A stretch of DNA of 64,000 nt from a virus. The position numbers and the translations under genes were made by a program. How positions within the stretch are numbered: position 1 is the first letter of the stretch; the number at the start of each line of letters is the position of its first letter. The notes under the pieces were generated by a model, which ran no database searches, had not been told where the DNA came from, and saw only the letters and a list, made by a program, of their open reading frames with translations. Of this stretch, positions 8,036-17,635 are shown piece by piece. The stretch is taken from positions 1-64,000 of the IMG/VR virus record IMGVR_UViG_3300030329_001736, one strand, 5' to 3'.

Positions 8036-8812
8036 ATGACAACGATTAAATCTCTAAAGGCTGAACTGAAAGCCCGTGGCGTCAATTCGTTCTTTACCGC
8101 GCCGGATGCTAACCCGAAGATTGCCAAGAACATGAAAGATGGCGTGATAACGTGGGGGCTACACTTAGCGCCCGCCGATCTATCGGGTTTCAACGTGTGC
8201 GCGGCGTCCACGGCGGGGTGCCGTGAAGCTTGTCTCCATACCGCTGGCAATCCGCTGTATATGGCAGCAAAAGAAAAGGCCCGCATCGCCCGCACTAAGC
8301 TTTACTTTCAAGATCGTGAATTATTTTTACAGGGCTTGCAGCGCGAAATAGATGCGGCATTCAGGAAAGCCAAGCGGGTAAACATGGCACCTGCATTTCG
8401 GCTTAATGCAACGTCTGACATACCATGGGAACGGGTGGCGCTTGGCGGCGAAACTGTGATTGACTACATCAACGCCAACGGCGGCGAGACCTACGATTAC
8501 ACCAAGCGGGCGAACCGTAAACCGCCTGCCGGTTATCACCTTACATTCAGTCTCGCAGAGAGTAACCTAGGGGACGCCGTAGACGCCTACAGGCGCGGCC
8601 TTAATGTTGCTGTGGTATTTGACACCCCAAAGGGCAAGCCATTGCCGTCTACATGGTCCCTAGGGCCGATCAAGGGCGTCCCTGTACATGACGGAGACCT
8701 GAGCGATTATCGCCCCGCTGATCCTAGCCCTTGCGTTGTTGGGCTGCGTGCCAAGGGCGACGCCATAGGCGATCAATCTGGATTTGTGCAAGCGGCAGGG
8801 GAGGCGGTCTAA
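8036..8812 (+). CDS. GP88-family Cys-motif protein (radical-SAM-like fold suspected)
   Basis: CAASTAGCREAC, RLNATSDI, YDYTK and GD.SD.R..D....VGL.AKG motifs; start moved to the ATG with a GAGGGGA RBS. Confidence 0.75.
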   Translation: MTTIKSLKAELKARGVNSFFTAPDANPKIAKNMKDGVITWGLHLAPADLSGFNVCAASTAGCREACLHTAGNPLYMAAKEKARIARTKLYFQDRELFLQGLQREIDAAFRKAKRVNMAPAFRLNATSDIPWERVALGGETVIDYINANGGETYDYTKRANRKPPAGYHLTFSLAESNLGDAVDAYRRGLNVAVVFDTPKGKPLPSTWSLGPIKGVPVHDGDLSDYRPADPSPCVVGLRAKGDAIGDQSGFVQAAGEAV

Positions 8813-8913
8813 TGTTTAACGTAATACGGCATTCAGCCCTAGCCCTTGCCTATGCTGTGATTATTGTCGAAATCGTGGCGGCGTTCACCGTTCTAGGGTG
8901 GTTACTCGAATAA
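8812..8913 (+). CDS. 33-aa membrane peptide
   Basis: GGAGG RBS, TAATG overlap, single hydrophobic helix. Confidence 0.45.
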   Translation: MFNVIRHSALALAYAVIIVEIVAAFTVLGWLLE

Positions 8914-8914
8914 C

Positions 8915-8927
8915 GCCATACTAGAAA
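8915..8927 (+). promoter_or_regulatory. Putative phage RNAP promoter
   Basis: GCCATACTAGAAA, intergenic. Confidence 0.65.
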
Positions 8928-8940
8928 TAAACCCCAGTGT

Positions 8941-8972
8941 AACCCCTAGGTTTATCCTAGGGGTTTCTTTTT
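8941..8972 (+). terminator. Rho-independent terminator ending the early operon
   Basis: aacccctagg-tttat-cctaggggtt 10-bp stem followed by a T-tract. Confidence 0.85.
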
Positions 8973-9140
8973 GCCTGCCCTCCGCTGCCTCTTAGGGGAG
9001 GCCCAGGCAAGTCTGATAGTAGACCTTCGCGCACACCTTCCCCCTGTGTGATCATGGGCTCGGAATGAGGTGATTCGTTGCCGTTATCGGCAGTGTCCCT
9101 CCACCTTCCCTCATAACTCTCTGTTTTATATGGGATTAAT

Positions 9141-9177
9141 GTTGTAGGTTTACAACCAATAAAATATTTGATACAAT
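9141..9177 (+). promoter_or_regulatory. Sigma70 promoter of the HTH/integrase operon with overlapping palindromic operator
   Basis: TTTACA (9149)-17 nt-TACAAT (9172) with extended TG; palindrome GTTGTA-ggtt-TACAAC 9141-9156. Confidence 0.65.
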
Positions 9178-9222
9178 CAGGTTAGAGTCAGGGGTTGTAA
9201 AAATTTACTGAGAGATGCCACA

Positions 9223-9582
9223 ATGTGTGGTCACACAATTTCAGGCGCTAAACTAGCGTACCTACAGAAGATGCGGGCTGTCACGCGATACATGCGTGAG
9301 CTTGATGGGTCTATAAGCGCGTATCAATTAGAGGCGTTCCTGATCGTCGCTGCTGCCGGACCTGACGGCATGTCGATGCGAGACATTGAGAGTCGTATGC
9401 GGATTGGCAATGCCACATTGTCGCGGGTCATGGCAAATTGGTCGAAGTGGAAGAAGCCAGATGTCCCCGGAATGGACATGATCGAAATCAATATTGATCC
9501 AAGGGACCGCCGCTTCCGCATCGCCACCTTGACGCCCAAGGGGCTCGCAGTGGCTGAGAAAATCGCTGCAATGATGGAGTAG
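9223..9582 (+). CDS. MarR-like winged-helix transcriptional regulator (candidate repressor)
   Basis: HTH region plus DPRDRRFRIATLTPKG wing; upstream of the integrase. Confidence 0.85.
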   Translation: MCGHTISGAKLAYLQKMRAVTRYMRELDGSISAYQLEAFLIVAAAGPDGMSMRDIESRMRIGNATLSRVMANWSKWKKPDVPGMDMIEINIDPRDRRFRIATLTPKGLAVAEKIAAMME

Positions 9583-9585
9583 TGC

Positions 9586-10716
9586 ATGGCACGACAGAGA
9601 GGGAAAGCGTGGTACGGAGTTGTCCGCGTACCAGGCGCGAAAGTTCCGCTACGGAAAAGCTTTGGGTCATCTAAAGATTCCGCTGAAGCGTGGGAAAACG
9701 CCTGTAAACGGGCAATCGCTGACGGCTTGCCAATCCCTGATCCAAACGTGATGAAGGGCGACGGCAGCGTTGGCGAGTTTTTCACCGCTGCTTATGATTA
9801 TCTTTGGGCAAACAAGAAAGGCGCACAAAAAAAGTGGTACGCCGTCCGGCAACAGATCAGGTTTTGGGGTCCAAACCTTCCGGTCTCAGCTATCGACTAC
9901 AACGCGGTGGTCAGGTTCACCACTCACTGGCTAGAGACTGATCAGCCGTCTACGGTCAATCAGAAACTCAGTGATTTGAAGATGATTTTGACACATGCCG
10001 TTGATTGCGGGCACCTCCAGAAGGTTCCTAAAATTAAAAAGCTTCGGCAGAGCCAAGGTCGCCTACGTTTTCTCACCGATCTTGAACGCGCCCAGTTGCT
10101 GCAAGGGTTCCGGCATCTTGGGTTTGAAAACGAATACTGGTTGACGCTCTTTTTGCTTGAGCAAGGAAACCGCATAACTGAGGCTGTTGTGAGGAAGCAC
10201 GGGGATAGCCGCCGGATCGACATGAATACCCCTCCGATTGAGTGGGCCGATGTCTCTACGCCTATAGGCACCGCGCCGAGGGTACAGATTACCCATGAAG
10301 ATGGGAGCGTGACGGATGAGCCAGCGGTCACGTTTTGGAAAACCAAGAATGGAAGCTTCCGGACAATACCGCTGACACCCTTGGCTTGTCAGGCGTTGGA
10401 ATACACCCGCCAGCAAGGCTGGGAGCGACCATTCTCCGAGATCACTTATGAGGGGTATTGGAAATCATTCAAACGAGTGCAGGAGTTTTTGGGGCACGCA
10501 GATGACAAGGAGTATGTGCCGCATATTCTTCGACACACCTGTGCTTCTCAATTTGCCATCAAGGGCATGGACATGCGCCGGATAATGGCTTGGATGGGGC
10601 ACGCATCCATGCAGACAACCCTGCGCTACGCCAAGTTGGCTCCAACTGATTTGTTTAGCATGGTGCCGTCAGCGACACCTGTACAACAACAGCAACAACT
10701 GAGGGTGATTGAATAG
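9586..10716 (+). CDS. int: Tyrosine integrase
   Basis: Complete R-K-HxxR-H-Y set: GNRITE, KTKN, HILRH, MGH, LRY. Confidence 0.93.
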   Translation: MARQRGKAWYGVVRVPGAKVPLRKSFGSSKDSAEAWENACKRAIADGLPIPDPNVMKGDGSVGEFFTAAYDYLWANKKGAQKKWYAVRQQIRFWGPNLPVSAIDYNAVVRFTTHWLETDQPSTVNQKLSDLKMILTHAVDCGHLQKVPKIKKLRQSQGRLRFLTDLERAQLLQGFRHLGFENEYWLTLFLLEQGNRITEAVVRKHGDSRRIDMNTPPIEWADVSTPIGTAPRVQITHEDGSVTDEPAVTFWKTKNGSFRTIPLTPLACQALEYTRQQGWERPFSEITYEGYWKSFKRVQEFLGHADDKEYVPHILRHTCASQFAIKGMDMRRIMAWMGHASMQTTLRYAKLAPTDLFSMVPSATPVQQQQQLRVIE

Positions 10717-10717
10717 C

Positions 10718-11107
10718 ATGAGTTTTAAATCCTACTTGGTGGAACTGAAAAACAAAGAAGACGTTGAGTATCTAGACAGCTATCTGGGCGCACCGGCATT
10801 GGACGGCGTTGTTTTCCTTAATCATGTCTATCGGGCTGACGAGAAGGTGCCGGGTTACTCTACACACACTCTGGTAGCAGCACTGACAGCAGACAGGGCG
10901 GACCTTCCCGCGTCGATGGTGGATGAGGCGGGACTTGGACCAAGACCCCTGAACATTGAGAGGCTGGATAATCTGCCAGATCACCTCAAGATAAAAGAGG
11001 AACACGGTTTTAGCGTTAAGGGGTGGTCAGTGCCTGAGTGGTCAGACGCTACTTGGGCAACCGAAGCCACACGGTATCTTATGACTGTGGTTTATGGCGC
11101 ACGGTAG
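10718..11107 (+). CDS. Hypothetical protein
   Basis: GAGGG RBS; follows the integrase stop. Confidence 0.6.
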   Translation: MSFKSYLVELKNKEDVEYLDSYLGAPALDGVVFLNHVYRADEKVPGYSTHTLVAALTADRADLPASMVDEAGLGPRPLNIERLDNLPDHLKIKEEHGFSVKGWSVPEWSDATWATEATRYLMTVVYGAR

Positions 11108-11240
11108 TGTGTTTACGCTGTGTCTAATACATACACTTGTGCTTATCAGGTGTAGCTAAGTGGCTGGTTTGAAACACAAATTCCGAAATTACACACTGGC
11201 GAATTCTGTACCCGATCCATGTAGGTGAGCAATACTTGTT

Positions 11241-11282
11241 AAGAAAGGGACGTAGGGCATTGTTTCTACGCCCTTTTCCTTT
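11241..11282 (+). terminator. Terminator-like hairpin upstream of RNAP
   Basis: aaaggg-a-cgtag...ctacg-cccttt followed by pyrimidines. Confidence 0.5.
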
Positions 11283-11346
11283 GGTCTAATCCCTGTAATT
11301 CAACAACTATTATGTGTTTACAGGGCACAGCAAAATAGGGGTGAAA

Positions 11347-13836
11347 ATGGCTGAGAACAACGCGGTTAATATTTACCATGAGCAACGAGCCCTCGAAGAA
11401 TCCATGCGGTCTGAGACGATCCGGCGTTACCACAGGCTTCACCATAAAGCGCGGCAGCGCGGCGATTATGCCGCAACCCACACAGGTCGCGCTGTGCTGC
11501 ATCACGCTATCGATGCTTTTGAAATTGCGATTGATAACTTTAAGTCTGATAGCAATTCGGGAAAACCCGGCAAGCGGCACACCGCCGCTAAAATGCTAGA
11601 CACAGTTGATACTCCCACCGTTGCTTATCTGTTCACGCGGGCAATTCTCAATTTTGTACCGATCTCGACAAAAGAGGGGGCTACTGCCGCACTATCTGCT
11701 GTGGCAATCCGAGGCTGTACCTTGATCCACGACGAGATGCGGATACGCTTTTTCGCTGAGAACCACTTCAAGCTTGCCCGCAAGATGTTGCAGGATTTTG
11801 ACGCCCGTGATCTGCCTCGCCGCCGCCGGAAGGAGATGCTCCAGCGCAAATTCTCGCAGATGCGGATGGAATGGGCGGTGTGGTCGAAGCGCGAGATGGT
11901 CAGCCTAGGTCGCGTGCTTGTTGAGCTTTTCGGAAACGCAACCGGCATGACACACATTAGCCAGGTTTTCGAGAACGGGAAGAAGCGGACAATAGTACAG
12001 CCTACTGCTGAGATGCTGACAAAAATCGAGGAGCGGATCAAAGCTAACGAAGACATATTCACTGTCTTCTTGCCCATGATCACCAAGCCCAAGCCGTGGC
12101 AGAACGGTAAGCTATTTGGGGGCGGATATTTCACAGACAATGTGACAGCTTACCCACTGGTCAAAGGGATCAAGCGGCAATTCCTTGAAGAGATGAATAA
12201 CATGGACTTGTCCGAAGTTCTCCGCGCCGTCAACGCCATCCAAGAGGTGCCGTTTCGCATCAGTGCCGTCATGCCGGACCTGTTGGAGCATGTCTTCTCT
12301 CTAAACAGAGAGCTTGCGGGTCTCCCCCTCGCTGACCAAGAACCTATCCCTGACGCACCAGCGGGTGCTGATGTTGACGGGGAGATAAAAAATTCCTACC
12401 GGCGGGAATGCTACCAAGTTCACGATAAAAACCGCCGCCGGATTTCCAAGCGTTTGATGGTGGCGCGCGTTATCCATCTCGCCAAGCGTTTTGAAAAAAA
12501 TCCTGAGCTTTATTTCCCCGTCCAGATGTGCAGTCGCGGGCGGCTCTATGATGTATCTACGTTCTTAAATCGGCAGGGGCCAGATTTCGTAAAAGCACAG
12601 CTTGAATTCGCGCAGGGAAAGCCCGTTACCACACCTGAGCAAGCAGCATGGCTTGCCGTTATCGGCGCAAATCACTATGGCAAGGACAAGCTGCCGTTAC
12701 AGGAGCGTGCTGATTGGGTGACCGAAAATGAACATTGGATTTTTGAGATTGCCGCCGATCCTTTCAACGACCTTAGATGGACTGACGCGGACGAGCCATT
12801 CCAGTTCGTGCGCTGGTGCATGGAATGGTCGAACTTCAGGCGTGAGGGCTACGGGTACGTGTCTCATCTCCCGTGCAACGTCGATGCTACGTGTAGCGGA
12901 TTACAGGTCTTCAGCGCCGCACTAAGAGACCCTGAGGGTGCCCGCTGGACTAACCTTACCGCACGCCCTGACCGACAAGACATCTACGTGCGTGTCGCGG
13001 AACTCGCTACTGCCAAATTTGAAGCAGAGACAGACCCTGAAAAACTAGACCTTGCCCGTGCCGCTCTGAAATTCGGAATCGGCCGCACTGAGTGCAAGCG
13101 CCCGTGCCTTGTTATACCGTATTCTGGGACGTTCCACGCGGTTATGAAGTACGTGCGTGAGGCAATTCATAAGCGGACCCAGAAAGGGGAAACGCACGCA
13201 TTCATGGAGAACGATTCCAAGTTTATCGCCTATATCTCATCGAAAATATGGGATTCGATACATGAATCAATCCCCGCTGCGCGTGAGTGCATGAAATGGA
13301 TGCAGGCAGCATCACGCCTTGTCTCCAAGAGTGATACACCTATACCTTTAGTTTGGTTTACGCCAGATGGTTTCCCTGTCCAGCAAGCTAGATACGAGCA
13401 GAAGCACGTTCGCGTCTCGACGTTCCTAGACGGAGTGATCTATCGGCTGTCGCTGTTCGAGGACACGCCGAAGCTAGACGCGAAGAAAATGGCATCATCC
13501 ATCGCCCCAAATTGGGTGCATTCCTTAGACGGCTCAATACTGCGCGGCGCAATAAACCTGGCGCTGGATCAAGAAGAAGACTTCGGGCGAGGGCCGGTTT
13601 ACTTCAACACCATACATGACTCATTCGGCACGCACTGTGCTGATCTGCCTGATTTTCTGGAGTACTGTATCAAACCCTCGTTCATACAGATTTTTGATGA
13701 GGGTGACCCGCTTGCTGATTTTGAAAATGAGGTGGCGAAAATAATTAACCAAGATGGGGTCGTGCTGCCACCGCCGCCGGATCGCGGAGACTTCGATGTT
13801 CGCGAGGTCAGGCAGAATGATTTCTTTTTCAGTTAA
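11347..13836 (+). CDS. Single-subunit DNA-dependent RNA polymerase (T7 gp1-like)
   Basis: DATCSGLQ, RxxxKxxxxxxxY, IHDSF catalytic motifs; C-terminal FFFS. Confidence 0.97.
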   Translation: MAENNAVNIYHEQRALEESMRSETIRRYHRLHHKARQRGDYAATHTGRAVLHHAIDAFEIAIDNFKSDSNSGKPGKRHTAAKMLDTVDTPTVAYLFTRAILNFVPISTKEGATAALSAVAIRGCTLIHDEMRIRFFAENHFKLARKMLQDFDARDLPRRRRKEMLQRKFSQMRMEWAVWSKREMVSLGRVLVELFGNATGMTHISQVFENGKKRTIVQPTAEMLTKIEERIKANEDIFTVFLPMITKPKPWQNGKLFGGGYFTDNVTAYPLVKGIKRQFLEEMNNMDLSEVLRAVNAIQEVPFRISAVMPDLLEHVFSLNRELAGLPLADQEPIPDAPAGADVDGEIKNSYRRECYQVHDKNRRRISKRLMVARVIHLAKRFEKNPELYFPVQMCSRGRLYDVSTFLNRQGPDFVKAQLEFAQGKPVTTPEQAAWLAVIGANHYGKDKLPLQERADWVTENEHWIFEIAADPFNDLRWTDADEPFQFVRWCMEWSNFRREGYGYVSHLPCNVDATCSGLQVFSAALRDPEGARWTNLTARPDRQDIYVRVAELATAKFEAETDPEKLDLARAALKFGIGRTECKRPCLVIPYSGTFHAVMKYVREAIHKRTQKGETHAFMENDSKFIAYISSKIWDSIHESIPAARECMKWMQAASRLVSKSDTPIPLVWFTPDGFPVQQARYEQKHVRVSTFLDGVIYRLSLFEDTPKLDAKKMASSIAPNWVHSLDGSILRGAINLALDQEEDFGRGPVYFNTIHDSFGTHCADLPDFLEYCIKPSFIQIFDEGDPLADFENEVAKIINQDGVVLPPPPDRGDFDVREVRQNDFFFS

Positions 13837-13864
13837 ACCCTGTAAATTGTAAGGGGATACGGGA

Positions 13865-14011
13865 ATGAAAATGAATATAGCCATACTAGAAATAAAAGAA
13901 TTTTTAAACCAATCAGAGGAGGGCCAGACCCCCATGGATCAAGACTTGGACGACTACGAGTTCCAGCAGAGGCTGGCGGAATTTGGGGAGGATTTCGTTA
14001 TCGATGACTGA
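13865..14011 (+). CDS. Small acidic protein (48 aa, or 25 aa from ATG 13934)
   Basis: Two RBS-supported ATGs in one frame; absent from ORF track. Confidence 0.45.
   Translation: MKMNIAILEIKEFLNQSEEGQTPMDQDLDDYEFQQRLAEFGEDFVIDD
13880..13892 (+). promoter_or_regulatory. Putative phage RNAP promoter (phi1.1-like)
   Basis: GCCATACTAGAAA just after the RNAP gene. Confidence 0.7.
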
Positions 14012-14282
14012 TGATGACAACGACGAAATCGACTATCCGGGAAACGTGGTGCCGTTGTTTAGGGATTTAGATAACGATCCTGATGACGAAACAAGTCCAC
14101 TTAACACCGCGCTTTATGCAGGTCCAACTGGCGTATTCATCCAGCAGGAGTCTAGCAGTCTTACCGAAAATGACAACGACTGCGTTGCCTTGACTTGGCA
14201 ACAGACTCAAATGCTGGTGACCAGCCTGATTGGACTTTTGGCCCACAGAATAAATGGAGAATTCAATGGCACACTCCACTAA
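14004..14282 (+). CDS. Acidic hypothetical protein
   Basis: GGAGG RBS, ATG at 14004; D/E-rich. Confidence 0.55.
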   Translation: MTDDDNDEIDYPGNVVPLFRDLDNDPDDETSPLNTALYAGPTGVFIQQESSSLTENDNDCVALTWQQTQMLVTSLIGLLAHRINGEFNGTLH

Positions 14283-14877
14283 ATCCCCGCGCTTTTCCAC
14301 TCCAGTGGGAGAGGCGGTCTATCCATATCTGCACGGAGATGGAGATACCAAATACCACGATCTAGGCACGTATAAGGCTGATCTCCGGGTGTCCAAAGAA
14401 GAAGCCGCGCCTCTCCAAAAGAAAATTTCAAAGCTTTATCAGACCCACGTTGGCGATCCTGTGCCCACAGAGAATTTCCTGTGGTCCGAAGAGACTGACG
14501 AGGCCGGTGATCCCACCGGAAATGTGGTCTTCAAGCTCCGCGTTAAAAACGTGCAGCTACGTGACGGCTCGGTCTGGTCTCGCCGCCCAAAGCTTTTTGA
14601 CACTAGCGCACCTCCTAAGCCTATCGACGTACAGCCGTGGGGCGGCACGAAGATGATCGTCGCATTCGACGCCTACGCCTACAGCAAGCCGCGAAAAGGT
14701 CTGAAGCTACAGCCTGTCGCTATTCAGATTGTCGATCTAGTGGAGGGTGAAGAAGTTAGTGACGCTGAGAAATTTGGATTTGGAGAAATGGAGTCAGGTT
14801 TCAAACAAGATGCCACAGAGGAAGAGTTCCCGTTCGACACCCAAGAAGAAGAAGACGAAGAAAACGCAGACTTCTAA
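14266..14877 (+). CDS. ssDNA-binding protein (gp2.5-like)
   Basis: TP.G.A.YP.L...DTK motif; acidic tail ending in Phe. Confidence 0.9.
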   Translation: MAHSTKSPRFSTPVGEAVYPYLHGDGDTKYHDLGTYKADLRVSKEEAAPLQKKISKLYQTHVGDPVPTENFLWSEETDEAGDPTGNVVFKLRVKNVQLRDGSVWSRRPKLFDTSAPPKPIDVQPWGGTKMIVAFDAYAYSKPRKGLKLQPVAIQIVDLVEGEEVSDAEKFGFGEMESGFKQDATEEEFPFDTQEEEDEENADF

Positions 14878-15277
14878 GCATGTAGGTTACCGCTTGGGCT
14901 TCCGCTCAGGCTTGGAAGAAAAAGTGGCGCACCAGTTGAAACATGCTGGTGTGCCTTTTCGTTACGAACATCGTGATGATCGAATTGAATATCTTAAACC
15001 AGCAAAAGTTTCGCGGTATCATCCAGACTTCTGCCTACCAAATGGCATTATAGTCGAAACTAAAGGGCGGTTCCTTACCGCTGATAGACAGAAACACTTG
15101 CTGATCCGAGACCAGCACCCAGACAAAGACATACGTTTTGTTTTCAGCAACCCGCGTCAGAGAATCTCTAAAACGTCTAAAACCACATACGCAATGTGGT
15201 GTGAGACGCATGGGTTTGAATACGCACATGCAACTATACCGGAGGGATGGCTACGAGAAGCGAGACGAACAAATTGA
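14810..15277 (+). CDS. Endonuclease I / Holliday junction resolvase (gp3-like)
   Basis: FRSGLEE, YHPDF, ETKGRF, DIRFVF. Confidence 0.95.
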   Translation: MPQRKSSRSTPKKKKTKKTQTSKHVGYRLGFRSGLEEKVAHQLKHAGVPFRYEHRDDRIEYLKPAKVSRYHPDFCLPNGIIVETKGRFLTADRQKHLLIRDQHPDKDIRFVFSNPRQRISKTSKTTYAMWCETHGFEYAHATIPEGWLREARRTN

Positions 15278-15690
15278 CTACAAAAACTAGAGAACACACA
15301 GACTACATTGTTGTGCATTGCACAGCCACACCAAGCGATATGGACATTGGCGCTGATGATATTGACCGCTGGCATAAAGAGCGAGGCTGGCTAGGTATTG
15401 GCTACCATCGTGTCATACGCAGAGATGGCACCGTGGAACACGGAAGACCTATCGACACTATTGGCGCACATGTACGCGGTGCCAATGGAAACAGTGTCGC
15501 CATCGCGATGGTCGGTACAGATGAGTTTGAGGTGGAACAGTTCGATGCGCTTAAACTTTTAATCAGTGACGTATTGGTCAAGTACCCCGGCGCGAAGGTT
15601 TTAGGACATCGCGATTTTCCCAGTGTCAAAAAAACGTGTCCGGGTTTTGACGTACAAGACTGGTGGAGCAAACAGAAACAGGAGGGTTAA
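15247..15690 (+). CDS. N-acetylmuramoyl-L-alanine amidase (gp3.5-like endolysin)
   Basis: VHCTAT, IGYH, GAHV, GHRD...K.CP.F. Confidence 0.95.
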   Translation: MATRSETNKLTTKTREHTDYIVVHCTATPSDMDIGADDIDRWHKERGWLGIGYHRVIRRDGTVEHGRPIDTIGAHVRGANGNSVAIAMVGTDEFEVEQFDALKLLISDVLVKYPGAKVLGHRDFPSVKKTCPGFDVQDWWSKQKQEG

Positions 15691-15693
15691 CGC

Positions 15694-17310
15694 ATGTCTG
15701 AGGAGCCGCAGAGTTTCGTAACCAAGCAACCGTGCAAGCTGTGCGGTTCTAAAGACAATGTTGGAGTCTGGAGTGATGGGCACACGTACTGCTTCGGGTG
15801 TAAAGCGTACACCCCGCCGCCGAAATCTGATGGCGACGAAGCTGACATCCTCCCTTTTCCACCAGAGGAAAATCCCATCGAAAAAGAGCTATTCGCGCAA
15901 GGGCAAGCGGAAGCAATCCCTTCCCGAAGACTGACTGAGGCTACCTGTAAACACTGGAAATACCAGCTAGGCATACACAACGGGGAGCCCTGTCAGATTG
16001 CTAACTACATTGTAGATGGCAAAGTGGTGGCTCAAAAAATTAGGAAAAAAAATAAGAAGATATTCACTAAAGGAAATATCCGAAAAGCTGGCTTGTATGG
16101 TCAGCACCTTTGGTCAAAAGGAAAGATGATAGTTGTGACCGAAGGGGAACTGGATGCGTTGTCGGTGTCCCAAGCACAGAATAATAAATGGCCGGTTGTG
16201 AGCGTCAGCACAGGCAGTTCCGGTGCCGCTGGTGTCATTACTCGTAACCTTGATTACCTGTTAAAATTTCAAACCATTGTGCTGATGTTTGACACTGATG
16301 ATGCCGGTGAAGCAGCGGTTGCTGAGTGTGCCCCGTTGTTTCCGCCGGGACGCTGTAAGGTAGCCAGGCTTCCTCTCAATGATGCATCTGAGATGCTTCA
16401 GGCAAGCAGAGGCAAGGAGATCATAGACGCTATATGGCAAGCTAAAGAGTATCGACCAGATGGTATTGTTTCTGGACCTGAGCTTTGGGACGAGTTCATC
16501 CGAAACGACGATGCAGAAAGTGTGCCTTATCCTTGGGAAGGTCTCAATGAAAAGACACGGGGCCTGAGAAAACGAGAGCTTACTGTTTTCACAGCCGGAT
16601 CAGGAATTGGCAAGAGTGCAATCGTTAAAGAAATCGCACACCATCTTCTGACCCAAGGAGAAACTGTTGGGCTTATCTGTCTTGAAGAAAGTGTTAGACA
16701 CACCCTCAGGTCGCTGGTTGGTATTGAAATCAACGAGAGGCTTAACCTTAACTTTGAAGATATTCCAGAGAGTGTCTTACGAGATGGGTTTGATCGTGTT
16801 GTGTCTACCAATCGGTTATACCTGTATGATCATTTTGGTTCCCTTGGCAGCGACAATCTTCTCGAAAGAGTACAGTATTTCGCAGCAATGGGCTGTTCCT
16901 TTTGTGTGCTTGATCATCTCAGTATTGTTGTATCTGACAACATGGATAGTGAGGCTGGGTCGGAGAGAATCTTGATTGATTCAATTATGACGCGGCTACG
17001 CTCCTTGGTTGAACAGACAGGCATGGGGCTGATTCTTGTGTCTCACTTGAAGCGCCCTGATGGTAAGCCCCATGAGGAAGGCGGACAGACCTCTCTGGCG
17101 CAGCTTAGGGGCTCAGGTGCTATTGGACACCTAGCTGATATTGTCTGTGGCTGTGAGCGCAACCAGCAGGACTCTGATACCGCACACCAGACTGTTATCA
17201 GAGTGCTGAAGAACCGCTTCAGCGGTGAAACAGGCGTTGCCACAAAACTTCAATTTGACCGAGATACTGGAAGGCTAAATGAGGTTATGGCAGATGCAGA
17301 AGACTTCTGA
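15694..17310 (+). CDS. Primase-helicase (gp4-like)
   Basis: Cys4 zinc finger, TEGELD TOPRIM motif, GSGIGKS, LDHLSI, LRGSG. Confidence 0.97.
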   Translation: MSEEPQSFVTKQPCKLCGSKDNVGVWSDGHTYCFGCKAYTPPPKSDGDEADILPFPPEENPIEKELFAQGQAEAIPSRRLTEATCKHWKYQLGIHNGEPCQIANYIVDGKVVAQKIRKKNKKIFTKGNIRKAGLYGQHLWSKGKMIVVTEGELDALSVSQAQNNKWPVVSVSTGSSGAAGVITRNLDYLLKFQTIVLMFDTDDAGEAAVAECAPLFPPGRCKVARLPLNDASEMLQASRGKEIIDAIWQAKEYRPDGIVSGPELWDEFIRNDDAESVPYPWEGLNEKTRGLRKRELTVFTAGSGIGKSAIVKEIAHHLLTQGETVGLICLEESVRHTLRSLVGIEINERLNLNFEDIPESVLRDGFDRVVSTNRLYLYDHFGSLGSDNLLERVQYFAAMGCSFCVLDHLSIVVSDNMDSEAGSERILIDSIMTRLRSLVEQTGMGLILVSHLKRPDGKPHEEGGQTSLAQLRGSGAIGHLADIVCGCERNQQDSDTAHQTVIRVLKNRFSGETGVATKLQFDRDTGRLNEVMADAEDF

Positions 17311-17635
17311 CGACTGCCTTTTTGAGCGGGCAGAGAAACTAGCCATACTAGCAGTAGACGATCCGAAGCTCATCCCAGAATATGAATCTGTGATGGCAGA
17401 AATTTCAAAACTAGAAGGAGGGTGGAAAGTGAAAACCGGGCAATCTCAAAATGTGAAAATTCTTAAACACCTACAGGCTGGCAAGACGATCAGCCCTCTT
17501 GAAGCCATGGGCGTCTACGGTGTCTACAGGCTTGCTGCACGTATCTATGAGCTACGTGTATGTGGGTGGAATATTACAAAGCAAATTAAATATGATGGGC
17601 AAGGACGCACTTACGCTGAATATTCCTTAGCCTAA
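17279..17635 (+). CDS. Winged-helix domain protein
   Basis: ILKHL..G.TISPLEA...YG..RLAARI.ELR motif; start uncertain. Confidence 0.7.
   Translation: MRLWQMQKTSDDCLFERAEKLAILAVDDPKLIPEYESVMAEISKLEGGWKVKTGQSQNVKILKHLQAGKTISPLEAMGVYGVYRLAARIYELRVCGWNITKQIKYDGQGRTYAEYSLA
17342..17354 (+). promoter_or_regulatory. Putative phage RNAP promoter (variant)
   Basis: GCCATACTAGCAG within a CDS, upstream of DNA polymerase. Confidence 0.45.

Noticed and set aside
11108-11346. tRNA gene or tRNA-derived att core
   Set aside because: No T-loop GTTCGA or acceptor stem recognisable on either strand.
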